Shown here: positions 47,641 to 61,000 of the stretch, piece by piece
Layout of the letters: every line of letters begins with the position of its first letter
Position numbering within the stretch: position 1 is the first letter of the stretch
Position numbers and translations under genes: made by a program
The notes under the pieces: model-generated
Database searches by the model: none
What the model saw: the letters and a program-made list of their open reading frames with translations, nothing else
What the model was told of the DNA's origin: nothing
Assembly: GCA_049287045.1 (NCBI GenBank)
Contig: JBAQFC010000001.1
Coordinates: 67,309 to 131,308 of the forward strand
Length of the DNA: 64,000 nt
Direction: 5' to 3'
Origin: Minisyncoccia bacterium
GTDB lineage: Bacteria; Patescibacteriota; Minisyncoccia; Phycocordibacterales; UBA9973

Positions 47641-48315
47641 ATGAAAAATTTTTTCAAAAATAAAAAAATATCTTTAAACAAAGGAGCACTCTTGCTCGAA
47701 CTTTTGATTGTTATTTCATTGCTCGCGGTGATTCTTTCTTTCGGAATCAATGCGATGTTTTTGAGTTTAAAAAGTAACAGAGTCTCTGGTGAACGCGACA
47801 TTGCGAATGCATTGGCGACAGAATCCTTGGAAGCAGTGAGAGCGACAGTCGAAGAAAATTGGCAAAATATTTATGCTCCCTCTGGAATAGTAAAAGGAAC
47901 CACACATTATTACCCAAAACAATCTCTAGGAAAGTGGGTCCTTACTACCGTATCAGGAGACGGAGTTATCACCATCGGTGGTGTTGTTTTTACCAGATAT
48001 GTCATCATCGATGATGTGTGTCGAGACAACTCAACTCGTGAAGTGACAGGTGTCACACCTTGTACTATTCCGAGTACTCAATCAGATGATCCGAGTACAC
48101 AGAGAGTCTCATCAATAGTGTCTTGGCCAGGTGCAGATCCAGTCACAATGTACGAATATTTTTTTCGTTGGAAAAATAAAGTATGTACTCAAGGCGGATG
48201 GGTTGCAGGAGTACCAGGAAATTCTACGCAAGATTGCACCGGTGCTGGCACCAATTATGATTCAAAAGAAGACACAGTTTTTATCGATCCAAATGGTTCA
48301 TTTAAGCTTCAGTAA
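47641..48315 (+). CDS. Minor pilin or pseudopilin
   Basis: Prepilin motif KG|ALLLELLIVISLL with Glu at +5. Confidence 0.6.
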   Translation: MKNFFKNKKISLNKGALLLELLIVISLLAVILSFGINAMFLSLKSNRVSGERDIANALATESLEAVRATVEENWQNIYAPSGIVKGTTHYYPKQSLGKWVLTTVSGDGVITIGGVVFTRYVIIDDVCRDNSTREVTGVTPCTIPSTQSDDPSTQRVSSIVSWPGADPVTMYEYFFRWKNKVCTQGGWVAGVPGNSTQDCTGAGTNYDSKEDTVFIDPNGSFKLQ

Positions 48316-48347
48316 ATTATTTTAGCTAAGTTGGTTAAGTTGATTAT

Positions 48348-48587
48348 ATGTGGTATGATAAAGTTATGAAAAATATTCTTCAATTTTCAATTTCAAAAGG
48401 GGAAAATAATTACATAGCGCAAGCTGTTGGTTTTCCTATTTTTACTCAAGCAGAAAGTTTAGATCAGCTTATTGAAAATATAAAAGAAGCTACGGGTTTA
48501 CATTTCAAAGATGAGGATTTATCTGAATACGGATTTGTTCCTAAGCCATCTTTATTGATAAATTTCGAGGTTCCTCAGTATGCCTAA
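48348..48587 (+). CDS. hicB: HicB-family antitoxin (UPF0150-like)
   Basis: 79 aa; ...YIAQAVGFPIFTQAESLDQLIENIKEATGLHF... RNase-H-like fold pattern. It overlaps hicA by 8 nt. Confidence 0.55.
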   Translation: MWYDKVMKNILQFSISKGENNYIAQAVGFPIFTQAESLDQLIENIKEATGLHFKDEDLSEYGFVPKPSLLINFEVPQYA

Positions 48588-48822
48588 GTTGAAAGTTTTA
48601 TCTGGAAAAGATTTAATTGATATTTTTGCTTCTTTTGGTTTTCATATTATTGGTCAAACTGGCAGTCATGTAAAAATGCGCTGCCATAAAGATAACAATA
48701 AACAAACACTCACCATACCTCTACATAAAGAAATCGATAAAGGTCTTTTGAAAGCAATTTTTAATCAAGGTTCTATGTATATTTCAGAACAAGAGTTAAA
48801 GAAATATTTCTTTACAGAATAA
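48580..48822 (+). CDS. hicA: HicA-family mRNA interferase toxin
   Basis: 80 aa; KVLSGKDLIDIFASFGF...GSHVKM....TIPLHKEIDKGLLKAI. Confidence 0.65.
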   Translation: MPKLKVLSGKDLIDIFASFGFHIIGQTGSHVKMRCHKDNNKQTLTIPLHKEIDKGLLKAIFNQGSMYISEQELKKYFFTE

Positions 48823-48827
48823 AAAAA

Positions 48828-48855
48828 GCGCCCTCCTAGTAAGGAGGGCGCTTTC
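48828..48855 (+). terminator. Terminator hairpin with a weak U-run
   Basis: GCGCCCTCCT-AGTA-AGGAGGGCGC followed by TTTC. Confidence 0.5.
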
Positions 48856-48953
48856 AATCTTATCCACTGTTTTACTTGTTGCAGTTAATTATTAAAAGAA
48901 GTAAAATATAGGGGAGTATTCTACCGATTTTTCTGCAGACTTTTTTCAGACAT

Positions 48954-49001
48954 GAGTCGCGCTTCAACGGACACTGCGCGACATGATTTTGCAAAATCAA
49001 A
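48954..49001 (+). promoter_or_regulatory. Conserved hairpin-containing leader motif, copy 2, lying 40 nt upstream of the giant gene
   Basis: GAGTCGCGCTTCAACGGACACTGCGCGACATGATTTTGCAAAATCAAA; see 37365-37415. Confidence 0.5.
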
Positions 49002-49041
49002 TTATTTATTTTTAATGTTCTCAAGTAGCTAGTAAAGTCGA

Positions 49042-52000
49042 ATGAAAAAAATTATAAAAAAAATAAATTTAAGTCGGTTTAATTTATTCTTGGTAGTTCT
49101 ACTTCTTGGAGTAGTTTCTTTTTCATTCGTGAAACTTGTTTTTGCATCCACTCCGGATACCACTAAACCGAATCCTGGACAAGCATGGAATGAGATCGGC
49201 AACGGAAGTTTTCAGATCAGCGGACCTACTGGTGGACCCACAGTTCCCAAAACTTTTATTTTTCCTGATGTTGATAATACTTATGTCATCACTGCACCGA
49301 CTCCGGTTGGAACAACAGGACAAGTTCTTACTTCCACAGGAGCTCTCGGTCAACAATCCTGGGCGACACCAACTTTCGGTAATGTCAATGGTACTGGTAC
49401 GACAAATTTTATAACCAAGTGGAACGATGCTGTCGGTACTTTAGTAAATTCTTTAATTTTTGATAATGGAACAAATGTCGGTATCGGAACAACAGCACCA
49501 GCTACACCTTTTCAAGTTGGACAAAGTGGTACAAATAAAAATTCAAGATTTTGGGGGAACATAGATGTAAATGGAGGAGGTTCATTAACTTTTGGATCTG
49601 GAGATTCTTCTATCGGATATCCTTCTGGTTATAATTTGGCTTTCAATACTTACAACGGAAGTCTGACCGAAAAAATGAGAATCACGTCCGTTGGTAATGT
49701 TGGTATTGGAACCACGAATCCATCAATGTCACTAGATGTAAAAGGTTCAGGTGCTGGACACGTTATAATGGGTAGTTGGGCTTCAAATGGAGCTTACGGA
49801 GTACTTAGTCTGAATGGTTTAAATGATACAGGTTCCAATTTTTATAGTGCAGCAGGAGGTCCTCTTTATATTAATCGTCCAACAGGACAAGGTCTATATT
49901 TTAGAGAAAATAATGCTGATCAAATGACCATTCTAAATGGTGGCAATGTTGGTATTGGAACAGTAACTCCAGGAGCAAAATTGGACGTAGAAAATCTTTC
50001 TGCTGGAATCAACGAAGGGATTCGATTATCTCATGCAAATGCTTATGATGCAGGATCCAAGATTTCTTGGTGGATGGATAATGCTTCAGAAAGTGCAAAT
50101 ATCAAAAGTGCATGGTATCCGACTCCTACATCGAAATCGTATATTGCACTCTCTACCTATGGCCCGTCATTACTTGAGAGAATGAGAATAAATGGTGATG
50201 GTAATGTCGGTATTGGATCAACAGCACCAAACGAAAAGCTGGATGTTAAATCCGGTAATATTTCTATTTCTGATTCTGCTGGAAACGAACGCGGAAGATT
50301 TTGGAGTACAGATACAGGTGGTTCACCTTATGAAACAGGATTACAAACAAGTAATTATCACCTTGTGTTAGATGCTTCCGGTTCTGGACAAAATAATATT
50401 ATTATGCGAACAGGTTCAAGTACTGTTGGTACTGGTACTGAAAAATTAAGAATTACAGGTGCAGGTCTTGTCGGTATTGGAACATCAGCTCCTGCACAGC
50501 TTCTTCAAGTTGGTAGTGCGACTTCAACAGCCAATCAGTATTCAAGAATTGATTCCGCGGCAGCATATGATGCAGGATTAGAACTCGCATCTGCTGGTGC
50601 ATCAAAATGGACTATTTACAGACCAGGAGGTACAAATGATTTGAGGTTTTATGATGCTACTGCTACTGCAGGAGATAGGCTAACTATAAAAGCAAGCACT
50701 GGTAACGTCGGCATAGGCACCACAGCACCCACTGCAAAATTAGAACTCGGAGGTACGTCAGGTGTAGACGGTTTGAAATTCCCTGACGGAACTCTTCAGG
50801 TTACCGGAGCTTCTAGTGGAGTCAAATTACTTTCGAGTGGTACTGGCCTGACAATCAACGGAAATTCTGTAACGAGAACTGCAGTTAATGCTTGGGATGC
50901 TGAAGTATATAGTCAAGACGGTTATTCTGGTGGAGCCTATGCGTCTTATGTAGTTCGCAATCTGACTGGTGTTTATTATATGGTTGGTTTGAATACAGAC
51001 CCGACTTTAAATCCTAGTTACACTAGTATAGATTATGCTTGGTATGTGCTCAATAGTACAAGTGCTTCGATTTATGAAAGTGGTACCAACATTGCTCCTG
51101 CAATCACTACTATCGCTGTAGGTGATGTGCTTGCTGTGACTTATGATGGATCAAATATCAGATATCTCCAAAACGGAGTCGTAAAAAGAACAGTGCCGGT
51201 CATTATAACTCTTCCTCTTTATTTAGATTCTTCTTTCCACAGTGGAGCTGCGACACCGGATATTAGCAATATTCAATTCGGACCTATGAGTACTGGTTCT
51301 CAATGGGCTGCAAACGGAACAAGTATTTATTACAACGGTGGTAATGTTGGAATTGGAGTTACTGCACCAAGCAATAAATTAGAAATCAGTGGAGGAGATC
51401 TTATGGTTAACGGAGCTGGAGCTTCAAAAAGCCTATACTTAAATTATGATAAGACTAGCTTTCCAAATTATGCGAGTTCATTAACTCAAACAGGTGCTGC
51501 TGATGTTTCAGGTACGCGTGGACTTGTAATAAATGCTAACAGTGGTCAAGCAGTAACAAATTATGGTATTGGTTTTGCGATTGATGGGGCTAATAAAATG
51601 TTCCTCCAAGGAAGTAGCGGCAATGTCGGTATTGGTACTACAGCACCAACATCTAAATTAGAGGTATCAGCTGGAAATATTCAAATGAGTGATGGGTATC
51701 CAGTAACTTGGGGTGATACAGTCACACCTAGAGGTCAAATAGTTACTTTTTCAGCTTCTCCTGATAGAGGCTTAAGATACACTGCACAACCAGGAGGTGT
51801 TGGATGGTTTGGAGTTCACGATTTTTATGCGGCTGACGGAGTTGCTGGAACTACACCTACATTGGCAATGAGAATAAAAGATGGCAAAGTCGGCATTGGA
51901 ACGTCGGCACCGGTTGGCAAACTTAATGTAGTCGCTGCTTCTTCTAATGTATCACAGTCTGGGCAAGCTATCGGTTTTGGAAGTACGGCAGTTCCATCTG

Positions 52001-55000
52001 GTGTAACAATGGGTTGGAATGATAATAATTACGGATGGCTCCAGTCATGGAGCAGTACGCCACTCTATGTTAATGCGTTAGGAAATGATGTCATATTCAA
52101 TAGAGATAGTGGCAAAGTCGGTATTGGAAACACTGCACCATCCGAAAAGCTCGATGTCACAGGCAATGTTGAATTCTCAGGTGCTTTGATGCCAAACAAT
52201 CTTCCAGGATCTTCTGGTCAATTTTTGACCTCTGGTGGTGCTGGAGTTGCTCCAACATGGATTGCTGGTGTGACAGGAAGTGGCACGACCAATTATGTTA
52301 CAAAATGGACACCAAACGGTACCACTCTTGGTAATTCTTTGATTTTTGATAATGGTACAAATGTCGGTATCGGTACAACAACACCAGGAGCACAACTAGA
52401 AGTAAAGGGAAACGGAACCGCCAAAATATTAATTGGAGATATGAGCTATTCTAATTATGCTGGAATTTCATTAACTGGATTAACAACTGCTGGGAATTAC
52501 ACGTTATTAACGAGAGCTGCGGACCCTGATTTGTATATCAACAGACCATCTGGTTATGCAATGCAGTTTTCAGAAGCAAACGGTGTTCCTCAGATGTTTA
52601 TTAAAACCGGTGGTAACGTCGGTATTGGAACAACAGTACCAACTCAAAAATTAACCGTGAATGGTGCGATTACTCAAGGAACCAACGGAGCTTCTTGGAC
52701 TTTAGATACTTCCGTCGTTGCAAACGATTGGACAATGATTGGTTCCTCTGACTCTGTTACTCAGAGATATTTACACTTTGGTTATAGAGCAGCTGATGCA
52801 ATAGGAGGTGCATACACTGATAGTGCAAAAATAAACTTCTACACAGGAGGAGCTATTCTTGGAATCAACGGTGGTAAAGTTGGTGTTGGTGTAGCATTAC
52901 CTACAGCCAAGTTCCAAGTCGGAACATCTTCTTCTTCTGCGGGTGTAGATGTGTCAGTTATAGGTTCATTTGGAGGTAGTGTTGTAGGATCAGCTTATCC
53001 TCTAACTGTTTCAAATACTGCTGCTATAACCGTAGGAAATAAAGCATTGATGACGTATGTCATGGGACCTGCTTGGTCTTCTACTGCTTATGCTGGTGCA
53101 TATCTTGAAAACGTAGATGCGTCTACCTCATATGTTATTGGAACTTATCGTCCTTCTGATTCTCTAGCAGAAAGAATGAGAGTCACATCCAATGGAAATG
53201 TCGGAATTGGAAATACAGCACCACTTAATAAACTTACCGTAACAGCTTCCACTATGCCTACTGGACAAGGTGCATTTTCTGCATCAAACACTTCAACTTC
53301 TGGAACTCAATATGGTCTTGCTGGTACAGCAACTGGTGCTAGTACGACAAATGTTGCTGGTTACTTTAGTGCCTCAGGTGCGACAAACAATTATGGTTTA
53401 ATTGTTAATAGTGGTCTTGTTGGTATTGGTACACAAACACCATCTTTTCCTTTGGAAATTGTCAAAGCTGCACCTCTTGGTACACAATTGGCTTTAACTC
53501 AATCTGCTGGAAATACAACAGGATTGTTGGCATGGACTGGTGGATCTTTTTATATACAAACAGGTTCGAAATATGATTCGTCTGCTGCTTGGGTTAGTAC
53601 CAACGGCACAACAGTCGGTAACCAAGGGTATTCTTATTTCGGTCAAGACGGGTCTGTTTCACTCGGTATGGTTTCTAGTGCTCTTACTGGTACTACTATT
53701 TCTTCATGGAGAACTTCTCCATTTCAGTTGACTGCTGCAGGCAATCTAGGTCTTGGTGGTATTACTCCAACAGTTGCACTTGAAGTTTTAGGTAGTACCA
53801 CAAACAGTTCTGTAAAAGTTCGTGGAATAGAAATACAAGGTTATGCAGTGAACAATGAATGGATAGGTGAAAATATTTATTATAGTGGAGGATGGAAATA
53901 TCGAGCTAACGGTTTTGGAAATCAGATATATTTCGGTGGTAGTGCTACCGGCGATATTTCATTTTACACTGCGCCAAATAATGTCGGTGGTGCAGGTGCA
54001 GCTGCTACTCTTACAAATCGTTTTACAATTACTCCTGGTGGCAGTATCGGTATAGGTACAACAAACCCAGGTGCAGCCCTAGAAGTAAATGGTCAAGTGA
54101 AAATCACCGGAGGTACTCCAGGTGCTGGCGAAGTTCTTACTTCAGATGCAGTTGGTTTAGCTACATGGGTTCTTCCCGTAGCATCAGTCACAGGTACAGG
54201 TACACAAAATTATGTAACTAAATGGAATAATGCAGGAGGTACTGCTATTGGTAACTCTTTGGTTTTTGATAATGGAACAAATGTTGGTATAGGTACAACA
54301 GCACCAGGATATAAATTAGATGTTTCAACAACTGGACCTGGTGGAATGCATGTTGCTACAAACACTTCTACTGCTGCTAATCCATCATTTTATTTGACAG
54401 ATGCAGCTGCGAGTTATTCTGATTTTGAAATTTATTCTGATGCTACTAATGTTAAATTAGGACCTTATCTTGATAAGGGTATTCAGTTTGTTGGTAATGC
54501 CGGAACTGAAACAAAAATGACAATTGATAGCTCAGGCAACGTAGGTATAGGCACAACAGCAGCAACACTACTAGATGTAAAAGGTGCTTCACCTATAATC
54601 CAGGTACAAGATAATGCCGCAGGTTATGCTATCACTCGTTACCGAGCTGGTGGTTCTGGAGTAAGTGATGCTTATTTTGGAGTTGATGCTGGAGTCGTGG
54701 GTTTGATTACTGGTGGCGGAGGAATTCCTTATGCTGCTGTTATCTCTCGTCAGGGCGCATACCCAGTGCAATTTGGAACAAACAACCTTGCTCGAATGAC
54801 GATAAGTAGTGCTGGACTTGTTGGTATTGGATTAACAAACCCAACAGCTCCTCTAGAAATAAACGATAGTACATGGACCACTGCTTCTGTCCGACCAACT
54901 GTTTTGAAACTAGGTTCTTATACTGATGCTGCAAACGAAGGTCCATTTATAGACTTCACTTCACGATGGACTGGTCTTTATCAGGATTGGGTTGTAGGAC

Positions 55001-58000
55001 GTATCGGTGGCGTCTATGATAATTCTGTTGCAAACGGTGGAGCATTAGTTTTCTATACAAACTACGGTGTTGGAGCAGCCAGTGCGACAGTGAAAGAACA
55101 AATGAGAATTAATCCACTCGGCAATGTTGGTATTGGTACATCATTACCTGATGTACTTGGTTTAGCAGCAGGTCATACTTCTCTTACCCTTGCAGGAGCT
55201 ACTGGTGATTTTTATGCAAATTTTGAGCTTCAAGGACACAGAGGTGTAGGAGGTAACCAGGTTGGTACAATATCTTTCTTTCAAGACACAACTAGAACCG
55301 CATTGATTAGTGTTAATAATGGAGTCTCTGCTTTAGATGAAAGTTCTATGACATTTTTTACTAAAACAACTGGTGTTGCAATGGGAGAAAGAATGAGAAT
55401 TGATAAAGCAGGCAACGTCGGTATTAGAAATACAGCACCATTAGAACTCTTATCTCTCGGAACAGCTGGAACAACAGCTGGTATATTGTCTTTTGCAGGA
55501 GCGACTTCCGGTAAAGCAATCCTTCAAGCAACAGCAGCAGCTGGCACTCCCACTCTCAATCTTCCAACCACATCTGGAACACTTGCTCTTACATCCGATG
55601 TACCAGGAACAATCTACGATTCTACATGGCAGAGAATAGTAAATCCTGGTGGAGCATATTATTCTTCAACCGGATCTTTGGGAACTGGTGCAATAGCCAT
55701 CAATCTTCCTGTCGGAATGGGAAACCAAATGATCAGTATGACCATAAAGGTTTATGAATACGCGACCAACGAGTCATTTGAAATTCATGCTGGAGGATAT
55801 ATGTACACCTCAGGTAATACCTGGGCAAATAATCCATTTGCTTATATCGTAGGAAATCCAGGAGTTGATAGAAGATTTACAGTAAGATTTGGTTATACAG
55901 CTGGAGGTAAAGCTGTTGTTTATATTGGTGAGACTGGATCCACATGGGCATATCCTCAGGTGGCAGTCACCGATGTCTTTGTTGGTTTCCAGGGTCAATC
56001 AGTTGCTCTTACTACTGGTTGGTCAGTTGGTTTTGCAACTGCTTTTGAAAACGTTACAGCTACTGTTACTAACACTCAGGTTGGTTATGCTCTTAGTACC
56101 AACACAGCCAATACCACTGTATTGCGAGATGCTTCAGGCAATTTCGCTGCTGGAGTTATAACTGCTAATTTAAGCGGTTATAAAAACATAGATAATGGTA
56201 ATGAGATAACCATTGCTAATGGTTTCGCTGGTGGTGCTTTATATTTGAACTATCGTGGTGCTTCTAGTGCAATTACTTCATTAAATATTATGAATGGTAT
56301 GTCAGGTGGCGTTTATGCAAATGTTCAGGCATTAGCTTTCGTAAAATCAGGAGGTACAGCTGCTCAGTTTTTAAAAGCAGACGGAAGTGTTGATTCAAAT
56401 GTGTACATGACTTCTGGTAGTCAATGGACAACTTCAGGAACAAATCTTTACGATTCTTTGGCAGGCAATGTTGGTATTGGATCAACAAACCCAGTTAATA
56501 AACTTGAGGTAGCATCTTCCACTATGCCTACTGGGCAAGGTATAATTACTGCGTCAAATACTTCAACAGCAGGAACTCAATATGGTATTGCTGGTACAGC
56601 AACTGGTGCTAGTACGACAAACGTTGCAGGCTACTTTAGCGCCTCGGGTGCTACAAATAATTATGGTTTGATTGTTAACGGTGGTCTTGTGGGTATAGGA
56701 ACACAAACACCAACTTATCCACTTTCAATCGTATCAAGCACAGCTGGTAAAGCTTATGGTGATTTAGAGATTCAAGATACGGGCACGGACGGTCCATATT
56801 TAACTTTCCATGACCCAGGTTCTATGGCATGGTCTATGGGAGTCACAAACAGTACACAAAATTTATCTATAAGACAAAATAATATAACTGGAACTGCAGC
56901 AATGACTATTCTAAATACGAGTGGCAACGTCGGTGTTGGTGTATCTCCATCAGAAAAGTTAGATGTTTATGGAAATGCTATATTTGGAAGTAACGCTGCA
57001 AACTCATATATTGGAATAAGAAGACCCGACGGTTCGGTTACCGCAACATTTAAAATAGCTACTGATACTGCAGGACTTTTAATTAAGCAAGGTGGTGGTG
57101 GTTCTTATATCGATTTTAGTACAAATGCCACAACAAACGCAGTTAGAATTATAGATAATGGCTACGTCGGTATCGGAACGACGGCGCCAACCAATAACCT
57201 GCATGTTCTAGGTGTCGGTCCTGGACACCTCATCCGTTCTGAAACTACCGCAGCGACTGGAGATGGTTACAGTGGTATTCAATTGACTGCAGGAAGCCGC
57301 TCAGGGTATTTGTTTGTTGCAAATCAAACTGGTACGAGTTATGGAGGTGACGGTGGCTTAAATATGTACAGTTCCAATGGTCCATTATTGTTCTGGCCAG
57401 GTGCTGTTGAGAAGATGAGGATTTTAGCAAACGGTAATGTCGGTATTGGAGTCACAGCTCCACCAGTTAAATTATCCGTCGGTGCGGTTACTTCAGGATA
57501 CGGAATGATTGGAGTAAAACAAACAAGTCCATTGAACTACAATGGTATCTGGGTTGAATCTTCAACAAATTCTAAATCTGTAACTATTGGTCATACTGGT
57601 GTTTATGGTTCAATTGGCACGAACTATGCTACTGGTGGTGATGCCCCTTATTCAAACTTAGTTCTTAATGAAGGTGGCGGCAACGTCGGTATTAGAAATA
57701 CAGCACCATTGGAACTCTTGTCTATTGGAACCTCTGGAACAACGGCTGGTGTATTATCCCTTGCCGGAGCAACATCCGGTAAAGCAATCATTAATGTTCT
57801 AGCAGCAGCTGGCACTCCCACCCTCACTCTTCCCACAACAACCGGAACTTTGGCTCTTTTGACTGATATGCCAGCTAATATATCTTTGGTTACTACAGGA
57901 GGTGCGACAGTAAATGGTAACGATGTAACAAATGGTGGAGCTGGATCTTGGACTAGTGATGTATATAGTAAAGATGGTTTTGTCGGTGGAGCATATGTAT

Positions 58001-61000
58001 CAGCTGTAGTTGATTCTATTGCTACTTCATATATGATTGCTCTTAATACTGATCCAACTCTAAACAATTCTTATACTTCTTTGGATTATGCTTGGTATGT
58101 GACAAGTAGTTCCAATGGTTATATTTATGAAAGTGGAGTAAATCCTCAAACAGGTATTACTCTAGCTGTCGGAGATGTTTTGGCTATTGTCTATGATGGT
58201 ACCAATGTTAAGTATCTACGAAATGGAGTTGTCCAAAGAACTGTTGCTGCAGTCATAACAGCTCCACTTTATTTTGATTCCTCTTTCGGTACTGTAAGTC
58301 CTACTTCTACATTTAGTCATATTCAAATTGGATCAATGAGTGTTGGCTCTCAATGGGCTGCAAACGGAACAAGTATTTATTACAACGGTGGCTACGTAGG
58401 TATTGGAACTTCAACACCAGATGCACCACTACACGCAAAAGGTGGTACAGCAATGTCGTCTGGTTGGAATAGAACAGCGACATTAGAAGCCACATTTCCT
58501 GGCCTTATATTTAACAGTAATAATACAAAATGGGGTGGTATTGTGTATGATTACAGTTCAAACATGATTATTAGAGTTGGAGCAACAAGTAATGATATTA
58601 TGGGAACTGGAGTAAGTGCTTTGAGCTTTAATGCAACAACAGGCGCAGCATCTTTTGGGTCAACTATTACATCTGGTTTAATCAACGGACAAACAATCTC
58701 AAGTGCTGCGAATTTTACGGGTACATTGGCTGCAGCGACATCCGTTAATACTAATAATTTTATCGTGAATACAGGAACCGGGTATGGTCTTTGTTTCTGG
58801 TCTAGTTGTGCTAATTGGAACATTAGTATGGGAAATACAGCAGAGTATCATTATGGACCAGTAACAGATTACGCTATAAAAACGAGCATGGATAGTGTAG
58901 CAGGAAGAGGTTGGACATGGGGAACAGTCGGTGTGATTCCTGTAGCTGCCTTGAGTAATACTGGAGTAATGCAAATAGCTGGAACAATGACTGCATCGTC
59001 TTTGATTAAATCAGGAGGTACAGCTGCTCAGTTCTTGAAAGCTGATGGATCTGTTGATTCTTCAACTTATATAACCGCTTCTGCTCTTTCCGGTTATGTC
59101 ACTTCCGCAGCTCCGTCATTCTCCGGATCTTTGAAACGTACAGCACCTGGAACAGGTTATCTAGACGGAAACGGTGTTGAAGTACCGAGCGTAAACACTG
59201 GTGTTATTTATTCTGCTAATCCTTCTCCAGTTGGTGGTAATGCACCTACAGCAACATCTTTAAATACAATGATTGGTATGGGCTTTACAACCGGAAATAT
59301 CGCTGGTATTAGTGCAACTTACGCTGGAACTGCAGCTCATTGGGGTCAATATGTCGTTGCTAATCAAACTGGTATAGTTTTCTTGGATGCAACAGATGGA
59401 AATATTTATAATACTGGTGGTATGGTCAACGGACAAACTATCACAAGTGCTGCGAACTTTACAGGTTCTTTGACTGTTGCTGGTAATACTACATTGGGAG
59501 GTACTTCTAACTTTACAGTAAATAGTGCTAGATCTTCAGGTATGTTCTTGAAAGCTGATACTATTGATTCTCAAGCTTCAGGTGATCCATTAGAACTTCA
59601 ATACGGAATTCCAGGAGACGTTGTTGTGTTTGGTACCGATAGTAACTTACAAGTTCAAGGTACAGGTACTTCTGCTTTTGCTGGAGTTGTTACTGTTAGT
59701 GGTCTTACTTTAAATACTAATCGTGTGAATATGACAAGTGGAACCAATCTTCATCTTGACCCATTTTCTACTGGAGCTGTTTACCTAGCTTATTATACTG
59801 GAACAGGAGGAACAGTGTTTGGAAATGGTGCAAATGGTGCAAGTGGTGCAAATGTTTCTTCTACTGGTGTAGTCACTGGAACAAACTTTTCCGGTCCTGG
59901 AACAGGTCTTACAGGTACAGCAGCGAGTTTGACTACTGGATATATATCATCTCCTGATGGAGATCGTGTTGCTGGTAATAAATTACCTACAACTACTCCA
60001 CAGGCAGTTAGATTTGACTTTTCTACTGCTGCTTCTGCTGGTATGCCAGGTGGAAACTATGCAGGTGTTATGACATATGCTGTTTGGACTGGAACAACTG
60101 CTTCGACAGGGGATGCATCATACCAATTAGCTTTCGGTAGTACGGCTGCGAATGGTGGTGGAACTCCAGTATTAAATATTCGAAAGGGTATAGATAGTAC
60201 ATGGAACTCTTGGTATAACATTATTACTTCTGCGAACATTGCCTCTCAAGCAGTAGGTACTGCAACCAATGCAACTAACGCAAGCACTATATTGTCAACT
60301 ACAGATTCAACAACTAACTCACTTATCCCTGTACTTTTTGGGGGAAGTTGGATGACTACTGGTCAAGTAAACGTAAAAAATAATCCATACCTTTACTATA
60401 ATCCAAGTACCAGTACATTTTATACTCCTAATGAAGAAATTGGAACCAGTTCTATGACATCTCTTAATGTTACAAGTGATTATCTTGGTAATAATAAAAG
60501 AATGTTTGCAACTGCTGACTCTTGGCTTCGTTTTAACGGTAGTAATGATTTCACTTCCGGTATTTATGCTGGTACAGGAATTTTTAGAACTGACGGAAAT
60601 CTACAAGTAGGATCAGGCGGTGCTTCATTTAATGTTACTGCTGCTGGTGCAGTCACTGTTCTTGGTGGTATTGCTCTTAATACCAACGGAGCATCTGGTG
60701 TTGGTTTAAAGTTGGGTGCCACAGGTTCTGAAGCAAGTATTATTTCCAATTCATCTACAGGTCATTTGGATATTACTCCACGTTCTGGCTATAATGCAAT
60801 TTTTACTGCTGGTAAGGTTACTATGGGATCTACATCATCACCAGCAAGTAATAGTACGCTAAATGTCTTTACTCCTGCTGCTACTGGTGGTGGTGTTAGA
60901 ATTGATAAAATATCAGGTTATCAAACAGTATTTTTGGGTGATGGTGGAAGTGCCACTTCTCATGGTGTTCTTCAATTGTATACATCAGGAACAATGTCTA

